A stretch of 62,909 nt of DNA, counting the filler, from Octopus bimaculoides (taxonomy: Eukaryota): the NCBI RefSeq assembly GCF_001194135.2. It is 8 parts of 8 records of this genome, joined end to end, with 100 filler letters (N's around TTAATTAATTAA, not from the genome) between each part and the next. Parts side by side here need not be neighbours in the genome. Positions count along the whole stretch, not along the records: positions 1 to 18,393 come from NC_068989.1; positions 18,494 to 26,655 come from NC_068983.1; 6 more parts are not named here. The stretch is one strand, 5' to 3'. The notes under the pieces are model-generated. The model made no database searches and was not told where the DNA came from. It worked only from the letters and a program-made list of their open reading frames with translations. A program made the translations under genes and the position numbers. Position 1 is the first letter of the stretch, and each line of letters starts with the position of its first letter. Shown one piece after another: positions 11,936-23,866 of this stretch.

Positions 11936-12350
11936 AGGCGTAGGAGTGGCTCTGTGGTAAGTAGCTTGTTTACCAACCACATGGTTCTGGTTTCATTCCC
12001 AATGCGTGGCACCTTAAGCAAGTGTCTTCTACTATAGCCTCGTGCCGACCAAAGCATTGTGAGTGGATTTGGTAGACGGAAACTGAAAGAAGCCCGTCGC
12101 ATATATGTATATATATATGTGTGTGTGTGTGAGTGTGTGTGTGTCTGTGTTTGTCCCCCACAACATCGCTTGACAACCGATGCTGGTGTGTTTACGTCCC
12201 CGTAACTTAGCGGTTCGGCAAAAGAGACCGATAGAATAAGTACTAGGCTTACAAAGAATAAGTCCTGGTGTCGATTTGCTCGACTAAAGGTGGTGCTCCA
12301 GCATGGCCACAGTCAAATGACTGAAACAAGTAAAAGAGTGAAAGAGTAAA
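11936..12350 (+). mobile_element. Bipartite SINE family S3: tRNA-like head, (TA)n(GT)n hinge, tail ending (aaagagt)n
   Basis: aggagtggc..tgtggtaagtagcttg...ggttcagtcccactgcgtggcaccttgggcaagtgtctt...gaaagaagcccgtcg; tail ...gcatggcc.cagtcaaatgactgaaac. Confidence 0.88.
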
Positions 12351-12828
12351 GACAGTAGTGCTACAACCGGCATTGATAAACCAACGACGCAATGGATAGT
12401 CAATGGCCAAGTAAAAGAGAATTTACGCTCCGTGATTGGGTGGGACGTTAAATTGCGAGTAAGACGAAAGCGTTATGTAGCAGATACGTCTAGAAGGATT
12501 GAGAACATTCTCTTTTTCACCCCGGCTCTCATCGGCTTTTTCACGTTCCACTTGGAAAAGAAAGTGAAGGTGAAATTTGCCAAAAGGTGTGTGACTGACA
12601 AAAATGGTTAGGGTGAGTGAAACTACTGTAACATAGGTCTAGGGATTGCAGGACAACTGGGAGAGGGTTCGTACCCTTGAAACTCAAGAGTGAACCTGAA
12701 TTTGTAGAGCTCATTGATTGACACAGATTAGAGGTTCTCCTGTATTTTGAAGTCTCCGCAATGTAACCACATATGTTAAATGCTATATATTCTTTCATCT
12801 CCTTTCTCGCCGTCAGTTCTTTTCCCAT

Positions 12829-13049
12829 ACTCTCTTTTTACTCTTTTACTTGTTTCAGTCATTTGACTGCGGCCATGCTGGAGCACCGCCGTTAGTTGAA
12901 CAAATCGACGCCAGGACTTATTTTTTGTAAGCCTAGTACTTATTCTATCGGTCTCTTTTGCCGAACCGCTAACTTACGGAGACGTAAACACACCAGCATC
13001 GGTTGTCAAGCGACATTGGGGGGACAAACACAGACACACAAACACACAC

Positions 13050-13080
<31 letters not shown>

Positions 13081-13244
13081 CGACGGACTTCTTTCAGTTT
13101 CCGTCTACCAAATCCACTCACAAGGCTTTGGTCGGACCGAGGCTATGGTAGAAGACACCTGTCCAAGGTGCCACGCAGTGGGACTGAACCCGAAACCATG
13201 TGGTTGGTAAGCAAGCTACTTACCACACAGCCACTCCTGCGCCT
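12829..13244 (-). mobile_element. S3 SINE copy, inverted relative to 11936-12350
   Basis: Full reverse-complement match. Confidence 0.88.
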
Positions 13245-13464
13245 ATCAAATACTTTATGCAAATCCTTCATGCGAAGTGTGACCGTTGTTTGTAATGTTC
13301 CCTTATTGAATGCCCCTGTGGCTCATAAAAGAAATCATCATTATCGTCATCATCATTGAAATATGTATCTGTCAATCTCCCGCTATACATGTGTGTGTGT
13401 GTGTGTGTGTGTCCTCATGTATATATATATCTGATATTATATACATAATAATACTAATAATCCT

Positions 13465-13879
13465 TTCTACTATAAGCACAAGGCTTGAAATTTGGTGGGA
13501 GGGGAGTAAGTCGATTGCCTCGACCCCAGTGCGTAACTGGTACTTAATTCATCGACCCCGGAAGGATTAAAGGCAAAGTCGATCTCGGCGGCATTTGAAC
13601 TCAGAATGTAAAGACAGACCAAATGTCGCAAAGCATTTTGCTCGGCGTGCTAACAATTCTGCCAGCTCGTCACCTTCAAAATAATAATAATAATAATAAT
13701 AACAATAACAATAACAATAACAATAATAATAATAATAATCATAATAAAAAACAAAAAAAAACGCAAAACACTTTCAATACAGTAACCATAAGAGCATCAC
13801 AGCAAACCACAGCACATACCCAAGGCACACAGAGCTGTACTAGGTAGCGAAGTGAAAGCACGTTAGAAAAATAAAACTA

Positions 13880-13919
<40 letters not shown>

Positions 13920-14088
13920 TCTATAACAAGCACAAGGCCTGAAATTTGGTGGGAGGGGATAAGTCGATTACATCGGCCCCAGTATTTCCACTGGTACTTA
14001 ATTTATCGACTTCGAAAGGATGAAAGGTGAAGTCGACCTCGGCGGAATTTGAACTCAGAACGTAAAGACTGACGAAATACCGCTAGGC
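13465..14088 (-). mobile_element. Two S2 copies (about 13465-13672, 13917-14088) separated by (AAT/AAC)n and another repeat fragment
   Basis: Match to S2 reverse complement; 13790-13880 is also similar to 55915-56020 in inverted orientation. Confidence 0.75.
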
Positions 14089-15106
14089 NNNNNNNNNNNN
14101 NNNNNNNNNNNNNNNNNNNNNNNNNNNNNNNNNNNNNNNNNNNNNNNNNNNNNNNNNNNNNNNNNNNNNNNNNNNNNNNNNNNNNNNNNNNNNNNNNNNN
14201 NNNNNNNNNNNNNNNNNNNNNNNNNNNNNTATACATATGTATAATCTGTGTATGTACAGGAAAAGAAACAGAGTGAGAAGTGGGACTTATTTAATCTTAT
14301 TAATTATTTATATTTGTGTGTATGTTTACGTTAATGTTAACATGCCTGTCTGTATCTTCGTTGTATGTCTGCGCGTGTGTATCTGCTAATATATAATATA
14401 TATTCTGACAATGATTATGAGAGGGTTTTTTTTTGTCATTTAAATCTCTTTCGAGTTTTATTGATTATCGATCTATATTCGTTAATGTTGATTAATTTTG
14501 ACAAGACACAAGGCTTATTATTTGTGAGAGGCAGTCATAACAATTGATTAAACTGATGCCATCATATTATTTTATCGACCATGGCAAGGATGAAAGGCGA
14601 AGTTTGCTCCGCCTTCAGTAGGAACTTTGAAGAGATTCAACTGAAAACTATATCTTATCCACGTAATACTACATTCTATATCACAGATTGATTTATCGCC
14701 TGAAGGACAGGGGTTGGGGTACGTAGACTCGGGGGGAGAAGAAAGCAGTACATTATCATTTCTTATTCAAATCTGAGGGTATGGAAGGCAGATCAATTCC
14801 GGTTTGGTTTAAACAGTGAAACTAAGGAAAAACCCGCAAGGCATTTCATCCGGCATCCTTGTAGCAAATACAAACCGTCATCCCACCCCCGACTAGGCTT
14901 AAGCAAGGTGACGTTAAAGTAACATCGCTAAGATGGTAGACTGAACCCATGTCTTGTTTCTACCACCCTCTCCTGACCCTTGTGGGTCCTTAGTCAAGTA
15001 CACTTGGGTGATATGGATAATGTTACTTTGTTTCAAACCCTGTTTGATTCACGGGATCATTTATTGGGGTACAGCGTACTGAAAATATCTTTATTCGGTT
15101 TGAAGC

Positions 15107-15281
15107 GATCACTGTGCAATGGCTAAGGAAAATAGTCTAATAATGGGGCATATAAGCCCTCGACAGAAAAAAAAAAGGCTTTCCTATCCGCGGATAGGAA
15201 AGCCTTCTCTTCTCTCGTTTTTCTATCGAGGGTTTATATGGCACTTTATTAGACTATTTCTTTAGTCATTGTGCGGTGATC
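15107..15281. mobile_element. Foldback/MITE-like palindrome (about 175 bp)
   Basis: Perfect centre ggctttcctatccg|cggataggaaagcc; arms gatcactgtgcaatggctaaggaaaatagtctaataa...catataagccctcgacagaaaa pair with ttttctatcgagggtttatatg...ttattagactatttctttagtcattgtgcggtgatc. Confidence 0.75.
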
Positions 15282-15814
15282 ACCATAAGCCTTATGCTTA
15301 TATAAAAATACAATTATTATTATTATTTACAGGATTGTAAACACGCCACCGTATAAAAGAAGAATTCGCACCGAAAGCATATAAAGATCTGGTAATATCA
15401 GTAACAGGTCATGTAGGATCAGTAACAGGCCAAACAGGGTTCGCTGTTATTCGTGTAGACTCAGTCATATTCGCCATTCATGATCAACAAATTCTAAAAC
15501 GTCTGCATCATGTTTTAATAATCTCATTTTAAGACCACCGCTTGTGGTTCAGCCTATCGGTTTCCAGTTACTCGTGGCTAAAATATTCTGTATTCCCTTG
15601 GTGGATATTTCATAATGGTTTTCGAGTTACATGGATCCTCTGTCTTACTCATATTCCTGATAAATATATTTATTTGCATATTTTGTTTCTATTTAATGTT
15701 TCCCTATCAAATTGCATGTAAAAAACATTCTCACCGTTAGTTTGTTTATTTAATTTTAGCGATTTGTCATTTTAATGTCTCCGCGACTGACTTGTAGCAA
15801 TAAAAATTTTAATA

Positions 15815-15847
<33 letters not shown>

Positions 15848-15870
15848 GTTGTTGTTGCTGTCATTATTTA

Positions 15871-16041
15871 GGCGGCGAGCTGGCAGGATGGTTAGCATGC
15901 TAGACGAAATGCTTAGCGGTATTTCGTCTGTCTTTACGTTCAGAGTTCAAATTTCGCCGAGGTCGACTTTGTCTTTCATCTTTTCGGGGTCGATAAATTA
16001 AGTATCAGTGAAATACTGGGGTCGATATAAATTTGAAACCA

Positions 16042-16090
<49 letters not shown>

Positions 16091-16300
16091 GGCGGCGAGT
16101 TGGTAGAATCGTTAGCACGCCGGTCAAAAATGCTTAGCGGTATTTCGTCCGTCTTCACGTTCCGAGTTCAAATTCCGCCGAGGTTGACTCTGCCTCTAAT
16201 CCTTCTAGAGTCGATAAATAAGTGCCAGAAGAGCACTGGGGTTGATGTTATCGACTTACCCACGACTCCTAAATTGCTGGTCTCGTGGCAAAATTCGAAA
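15871..16300 (+). mobile_element. Two S2 copies, each preceded by (ATT)n
   Basis: aggcggcgagctggcag... heads at about 15871 and 16090. Confidence 0.8.
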
Positions 16301-16445
16301 GCAACATTATTATTACAGGCGAGTATTGTAGTTCGGTTGAAGCATTGTGTATTGTTTGTAAAATATAAGGTGTCTTAAATGGCACAACAACGCAGAGTGG
16401 ACTATATTAACTGTTATGATTTAATTATCCATAGTCTGATATAAT

Positions 16446-16487
16446 AACAATATTTCGGAATACAAAAATTCCTTCGTCAGATTTCGC
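16446..16487 (-). ncRNA. Type-I hammerhead ribozyme motif (family A, dispersed copy)
   Basis: Minus strand: gaaat CTGACGA A GGAAT ttttgt ATTCC GAAAT AT T gtt. Confidence 0.55.
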
Positions 16488-16524
16488 TAGGAATTGATTG
16501 ATATTACTTTTCTTTCTTTTTTTT

Positions 16525-17017
16525 TTTACTTGTTTTCAGTCATTTGAATAGGACCATGCCAGAGCACTGCCTTTAGTCGAGCAAATCGACCTCAGGACTT
16601 ATTGTTTGTAAGCCTAGTACTTATTCTATCGGTCTGTTTTGCCGAACCGCTAGGTTACGGGGACGTAAACACACCAGCATCGGTTGTCAAGCGATGTTGG
16701 GGGGACTAACACAGATGCACAAACATTTACACACACACACAAATATATGTATATAAATATATATATATATATATACACACACACATATACGACGAGCTTC
16801 TTTCAGTTTCCACCTACCAAATCCACTCACAAGGCTTTGATCAGCCCAAGGCTATANNNNNNNNNNTCAGTTTCCACCTACCAAATCCACTCACAAGGCT
16901 TTGATCAGCCCAAGGCTATAGTAGAAGACACTTGTCCAAGGTGCCACGCAGTGGGACTGAACCCGGAGCCATATGGTTGGTAAGCAAGCAACGTACCACA
17001 CAACCACTCTTGCGCCT
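16525..17017 (-). mobile_element. S3 SINE copy (includes a 10-N overlap artefact)
   Basis: Match to S3. Confidence 0.85.
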
Positions 17018-17031
17018 ATTATTGTTATTAT

Positions 17032-17069
<38 letters not shown>

Positions 17070-17075
17070 TTTCGA

Positions 17076-17285
17076 AGGCAGCGAGCTGGCAGAATCGTTA
17101 GTACGCCAGGCAAAATGCTTAGCGGCGTTTCTTCCGATTCTTTACGTTTTGAGGTCAAATCTCGCTATGGTTCACTTTACCTTTCATCTCTTCAGGGTCG
17201 ATAAACTAAAGTACCAGTTGAACACTGGGGTCGATGTGATTAACTAGCCCCCTCCCCTAAAAATTTCAACCTTTGTGCCTCTAGA
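17076..17285 (+). mobile_element. S2 SINE copy
   Basis: Match to S2. Confidence 0.8.
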
Positions 17286-17299
17286 AGCAATCATTTTCA

Positions 17300-17675
17300 G
17301 TAGTAGTAGTAGCCGTAGCAATAGTAGTAGTAGTAGTGTTGCTGTTGGTGGTAATGGTGATGGTAGAATGCTTGATTGTGCCTGGCAAACGCCAGGAATT
17401 CTTGCCAGTAAAACTAGGAATGTAAAAATTAGCAACAAAAACATTACCATCACCACCATCGTTCCCATGACTACATCAACCACCATTACCGCTATCAACC
17501 ATCATCATTATCATCACCAACACCTCACCACCTCCACTACAATCATGAACACCATCATCATCACTATTACTACTGTCACCACAATTACTACATCTACTAT
17601 CACCACACCACTGCGACCATGAATACTACCACTACTACAATCACGAACACCACCATCTTCATCACCACTTTCCTG

Positions 17676-17710
<35 letters not shown>

Positions 17711-17799
17711 CGCAGCCACCACAGCCACTGCTATCACAAATGAAACTGTCACCACAACGAAAAGAGGCATGACTGCCACCACCATCATCACTATACACA

Positions 17800-17831
<32 letters not shown>

Positions 17832-17920
17832 CAATAATAATAGTAATAACAATAATAATAATAATAATAATAATAATATTGCCACCACAAGAACTACTAC
17901 TACTACTACAGCTAGTGAGT
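17300..17920. repeat. (AGT)/(ACC)/(ACT)/(AAT) low-complexity tract
   Basis: Directly visible. Confidence 0.85.
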
Positions 17921-18393
17921 AATTAAATTGGTAAAGTGAAACACGAAGGAATATAGAAGACAAAAGAAGGAAAGAAAGAACGAAAGAGGATAATAACGCC
18001 AGAAGATCAAGTATTGCAACCATCTGCCGAGTTGGTCAGGAGTGGCTGGATAGAATGGATGGACAGTGTCCAAAAAATAAGAAAGAACAACAACAACAAC
18101 AACAACAACACCACCACCAAGAGGAGATAAGATGGTTACATGTCCATCGAGTTATAAATATTCAACTGAAGAGGTTTGTCCATTCTCTCCAAGTCTGCTA
18201 CTAAAGCCTACAAGAAGCAGACACCACCTGGTTCTTGGACTACATCCAAGATTTCGTTGCAGATAATGCTTTGTCATCGTCCTCTTATTTATTCCTTTTT
18301 TGGGGAGGGGGATTCTATGCCACCATCTCTCTCTCTCTCTCTCTCTCTAATTCTCTGTATGTATGTGTTGTATCATTATGTATCTGTGTATGT

Positions 18394-18493
18394 NNNNNNN
18401 NNNNNNNNNNNNNNNNNNNNNNNNNNNNNNNNNNNNNTTAATTAATTAANNNNNNNNNNNNNNNNNNNNNNNNNNNNNNNNNNNNNNNNNNNN
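18394..18493. other. Artificial 100-bp scaffold join, N44-TTAATTAATTAA-N44 (also 26656-26755, 35603-35702, 39514-39613, 54484-54583, 57566-57665, 60435-60534)
   Basis: Identical 100-bp layout seven times; the 12-mer is palindromic and places a stop in all six frames. Confidence 0.97.
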
Positions 18494-19544
18494 TATATAT
18501 ATATATATATGTGTATGTGTGTGTGTTCATAAGTATGTACGTTTGTGAGTGTGTATCTATATGTTACGTAAACACATCTTTTATGGATGTATCTGCTTGT
18601 AGTAGCATTGGAATCATATACATGTACGTATGTTTTTTGTGTAAAAGCAAGCAGATACATCCATAAAAAGTGTCTTCACAAAATTTGTACGTCATAAAGT
18701 CTATTTATATATAATTACACAGATACATTCGTGTGTGCATAGAAACGTGCGAACACACGTAGACAAATCCATGTATAAATTGGAAGACACACTCGTATAG
18801 ACATGTGACTGTGACTACTTGAATAGTTCTCCCATGGTAGAGCCACCCACACACATATTTTGTGCCGGTAAACACGTCTTGGCAATGTTACTCGCCCTAG
18901 ATTTGTAACATGAACGCATGGCTGGAGTAATATATATTATGAAAGGTTCACACAGTTACCAGAATGTAACTGATAGTGTTTTCGAATTCTGGAACTATTT
19001 TAGGGTTTAACTGTTTGCACCGATCAGGCTCACACACTAATAATGCCACCACCACCACCACCACCACTACCACCACAACTGTTCTTTTATCTTTTACATG
19101 TTTCAGTCTTTGGACTGCAGTCATGCTGGTGACAGCGCCTCGAAATGTTTAATCGAGTGTCTGTAAATTGGGATCCATATGGCCCATGTGGGTCCATATA
19201 AGATTTCTTGTTCAAACTTATGCGCAATAAATTGCCCATACTTCTCCAATTCAGAAGATATTTTAATTTCTTATTTCATAATCATCGGCGCGCGAAGAGC
19301 TCTTCACAAACAAGCGTTCGGGAGATGGTTGTGATCTGTAAAAATTTGTGAGTAGGAAACGGAAAGCGAAGTACGAGCACGCTATGCGCATGTGCACTCT
19401 GAATTCGTAAAACGGAAGAGAAGAATAAAAACGTAATGCACATGTCAAAATAAAACGAAAGAGAAGAATAAAACAAATATATACATTATTTACATTCGAC
19501 AGATATTTGTCCTCATCTTGTTTTAACACAACCACTACGCCATA

Positions 19545-19626
19545 TGCCCACGGGCTTATGACGTAGTGGTTAAGAGCGCGTGCTACTAACCCCAAGATTC
19601 CGAGTTCGATTCCAAGCAGTGACCTC

Positions 19627-19687
<61 letters not shown>

Positions 19688-19885
19688 GTAATAACAACAT
19701 CGAAGAATACCTTAGGAATGAGAACGCAGGTTCGAAATTTCCCCAAGACGCCTAAAGAAGGCTGGAGGGTATATCAGCCGAAACGTTGTGTTAACAACAA
19801 ACAAGATAAGGACAAATATCCGTCAAATGTAAATAATGTAAATAATGTACATAATTCCACATCTCTTAAATATAGAACTGTAAAA
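19545..19885 (+). mobile_element. tRNA-like head + (AAT)n + hammerhead-bearing tail
   Basis: Head gtagtggttaagagc...gagttcgattcc at about 19562-19612; the tail carries the HHR motif at 19747-19792. Confidence 0.6.
19747..19792 (+). ncRNA. Degenerate type-I hammerhead motif
   Basis: GACGC CTAAAGA A GGCTG gagggtatat CAGCC GAAAC GT T GTGTT; stems I and II pair, core G5 is changed to A. Confidence 0.55.
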
Positions 19886-20529
19886 CAAATATATGATGGT
19901 TTGCATGCCATGTCTGACTCCACTGTCACGCAGCTTTGCTGCAATTTTCCTAATAATATTTCATTATAAAAATACAGTTGGATGCTTTTTATATACATCG
20001 AATGGCTATGGAGATTTAAAATAGGGATCAAAGAAGTCCATAAGCATGGTTTAGTCAAACAAATTTACCTTAGTATTTTTTTAATGCCCTTTATTCAGTC
20101 GGCCTCCGTTTTTGTTTTTTTCCAGAATTGCTTAGTTGAAGAACCATAAACAATCACCATTTGTCAAGCGTTGGGAAGTTGACAAACACGCACCAGTAGA
20201 CAAACATATATAGAACCCGGAACCATGTGGCTGGGAAGCGAACTTACCACGTAGCCACACATGAGCCTATACATTGAAGTTTTCTTTTATCTGAGGAATA
20301 TTGCAAGCGAACAGTCAGTTTCTACTCCAACTTCTTCACAATTAGCCTCAACACAACCATTGCAGTACAGCCGATTCCTTTCCTGTGACCTTCTATTACC
20401 CAGATGCCGCAGACTATTGATAAGAAATTCAAGATAATTCTAAACTACGAATAAATTGCGATCACTGCTATCTTAAGACTAGATTTTCAACTAACCGAAA
20501 TATCTGCATCACTGGATTTATTTCTTGAT

Positions 20530-20790
20530 TTGCGTGTATGTATGTATGTATGTATGTATGTATGTATGTATGTATGTATGTATATGTATGTGTGTATGTA
20601 TGTATGTATATGTATGTGTGTATGTATGCGTGTAAGTATGTATGAATGTATTTATGCGTGTAAGCATGTATGCATGTGTCTGTATGTATATATGTATGTA
20701 TGTATGTATGTATCTATGTGTATATGTGTATGTACAGTATGTATGCAATCATCTGTTCATGTATGCAGGCATGTATGTAGACATACATGT

Positions 20791-20848
<58 letters not shown>

Positions 20849-21070
20849 ATATATGTAATGTATGCGTGTTTATGTATGCTTGTATGTTAATATGTATGTT
20901 TACGTATGTATGCATAAAAGAGTATGTGTATGTATGTATTGTATGCGTTTATGTATGCATATCTGTGTATATACGTAGATATATGTATGCATGGATGTAT
21001 GTATGTACGTATGTAAGTCTGTATATGTCTATTTCTACGTGTGTGTGTGTGTTGTGTGTCTGTCTGTCTG
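20530..21070. repeat. Degenerate (TATG)n/(TA)n tract
   Basis: Directly visible. Confidence 0.9.
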
Positions 21071-21605
21071 GCTGTCTGTTTGACTATTGTGATTATTTTT
21101 ATTCGGTTTGAAAACCTCGTTTTTCTTTCATTTGAAATCTAACTGGGTAAAATATGTAATAAAACTGAGATGAGACATCAGAGATAACAAATATTCTGTT
21201 TTTGCCAAAGTTTTTGCTATCAATGGTTTCGTATGGGGGGAGGGGCGTTATGTGAGGGAGGAAACAAATTAATCCCTCTCTCTCACTCTCTCTCTTCCTT
21301 TCTCTGCATACACACACATATCCCGCCGTACACACGCACATACAGCCACACACACACACTCACATACATATGTTTAAACAGATGCCCTTCCCCCCCCACA
21401 CACACACATATAGACACATACACATGATTACATACAGTCACTCAGAAACACATATGTTATACGTGTGTGTGTGTGAGTGTTTGAGTATATGTATGTTTGT
21501 ATATTTATGCATGTATTATAGGTATGCATATACACACGCTCCACGTACGCACACACACACACACATATATATAAATATATATATATATATATTTATAAAT
21601 GTGTA

Positions 21606-21643
<38 letters not shown>

Positions 21644-21659
21644 AATGTTTATCTATATA

Positions 21660-21693
<34 letters not shown>

Positions 21694-22068
21694 NNNNNNN
21701 NNNNNNNNNNNNNNNNNNNNNNNNNNNNNNNNNNNNNNNNNNNNNNNNNNNNNNNNNNNNNNNNNNNNNNNNNNNNNNNNNNNNNNNNNNNNNNNNNNNN
21801 NNNNNNNNNNNNNNNNNNNNNNNNNNNNNNNNNNNNNNNNNNNNNNNNNNNNNNNNNNNNNNNNNNNNNNNNNNNNNNNNNNNNNNNNNNNNNNNNNNNN
21901 NNNNNNNNNNNNNNNNNNNNNNNNNNNNNNNNNNNNNNNNNNNNNNNNNNNNNNNNNNNNNNNNNNNNNNNNNNNNNNNNNNNNNNNNNNNNNNNNNNNN
22001 NNNNNNNNNNNNNNNNNNNNNNNNNNNNNNNNNNNNNNNNNNNNNNTATATATATATAAATGTGTGTA

Positions 22069-22109
<41 letters not shown>

Positions 22110-22497
22110 ACAAACACACACGAAGACACGCACACACGCACATAAATATATGATAGATAGATTTGCTTCTTGAATGTCGGATCGTGTTTGCATTACAATA
22201 ATGTGATGCTTTCGTTTGAGGCTGGCGTCTGACCGATAAATATGTTAGCAAACTCTCTCGTTATACCAGGAATGTGTTTGGTGTTTATATTCTGCCACAA
22301 GATGAACATAATAAAAGCAACGAGCTAATGATATCGGTCCACCTGCTAGAAATGTCAGCCAAATTTCCATCAGAATATATGCAGTATCTTAAAAAATAGG
22401 ACGGACTTAGCTGATAACAGGACGGAATAAACGCGGTTTGCACACTTTCGACTATAGATCCGCCCGATGTAGTGATGGGATGTAATTAAACAACTTC

Positions 22498-22531
<34 letters not shown>

Positions 22532-22867
22532 GCAACAACGACAGCAGCAGCAACAACAACAACAACAACAGCAACAGCAGCAACAGCAGCAGCAGCAACA
22601 ACAACAACAACAACAATAACAAAAATAATAATATATCATCTTCGTCATCTTAACAATGTCATCTTAACATGAAACTTTCATCTTATAATCAAATTACTTT
22701 TAAAACAAACTTCTAATTTACTTATGTTTTGACCGACTTTATCTAGAATAATACTCTGTGCAAAACCAAATATATGGCACGCTAGCGAAAACACCAACTT
22801 GAACTTCTAACTTGTTGTCTTTTGAGGTCTCTGGATGATATACCTGTTGTAATTTAGTTAGAGACTC

Positions 22868-23866
22868 TATCGGACTATAGATAATTAAATTACAACAGGT
22901 ATATAGTCCATTTTTTGTATTATAGTGCTAGAATCGTTATAGCAGCGACTCCATCTAAGAATATCTGAAGAAGGAATTGTATTCCGAAATATCATCGGAC
23001 TATGGATAACTAAATTACAACAGGTATATAGTCCATTTTTTGTATTATAGTGCTAGAATCGTTATAGCAGCGACTCCATCTAAGAATATCTGAAGAAGGA
23101 ATTGTATTCCGAAATATCATCGGACTATGNNNNNNNNNNNNNNNNNNNNNNNNNNNNNNNNNNNNNNNNNNNNNNNNNNNNNNNNNNNNNNNNNNNNNNN
23201 NNNNNNNNNNNNNNNNNNNNNNNNNNNNNNNNNNNNNNNNNNNNNNNNNNNNNNNNNNNNNNNNNNNNNNNNNNNNNNNNNNNNNNNNNNNNNNNNNNNN
23301 NNNNNNNNNNNNNNNNNNNNNNNNNNNNNNNNNNNNNNNNNNNNNNNNNNNNNNNNNNNNNNNNNNNNNNNNNNNNNNNNNNNNNNNNNNNNNNNNNNNN
23401 NNNNNNNNNNNNNNNNNNNNNNNNNNNNNNNNNNNNNNNNNNNNNNNNNNNNNNNNNNNNNNNNNNNNNNNNNNNNNNNNNNNNNNNNNNNNNNNNNNNN
23501 NNNNNNNNNNNNNNNNNNNNNNNNNNNNNNNNNNNNNNNNNNNNNNNNNNNNNNNNNNNNNNNNNNNNNNNNNNNNNNNNNNNNNNNNNNNNNNNNNNNN
23601 NNNNNNNNNNNNNNNNNNNNNNNNNNNNNNNNNNNNNNNNNNNNNNNNNNNNNNNNNNNNNNNNNNNNNNNNNNNNNNNNNTATCGGACTATAGATAATT
23701 AAATTACAACAGGTATATAGTCCATTTTTTGTATTATAGTGCTAGAATCGTTATAGCAGCGACTCCATCTAAGAATATCTGAAGAAGGAATTGTATTCCG
23801 AAATATCATCGGACTATGGATAACTAAATTACAACAGGTATATAGTCCATTTTTTGTATTATAGTG
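22868..23866 (+). repeat. 125-bp tandem repeat spanning an N gap
   Basis: tacaacagg at 22891 and 23016; cggac at 22996 and 23121; the unit resumes at 23682. Confidence 0.9.
22961..22993 (+). ncRNA. Hammerhead core in a 125-bp tandem unit (also 23086-23118 and 23775-23807)
   Basis: atat CTGAAGA A GGAAT tgt ATTCC GAAAT ATC; intact core, palindromic minimal stem III, AUC triplet, weak stem I. Confidence 0.55.

Noticed and set aside
17960-18023. VAILDLL resembling the SLC1 LDLIR motif
   Set aside because: No splice donor, and it runs into low-complexity sequence.
19545-19620. Functional tRNA genes at SINE heads
   Set aside because: A and B boxes are present but I could not build a complete cloverleaf or acceptor stem; treated as tRNA-derived heads.
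23682-23866. Post-gap units counted as independent copies of the 125-bp array
   Set aside because: They reproduce the same variant order as 22868-23053, so they may be a duplicated contig end; copy number is left open.
22868-23866. CRISPR-like array
   Set aside because: Eukaryotic context; units repeat in full with no unique spacers.
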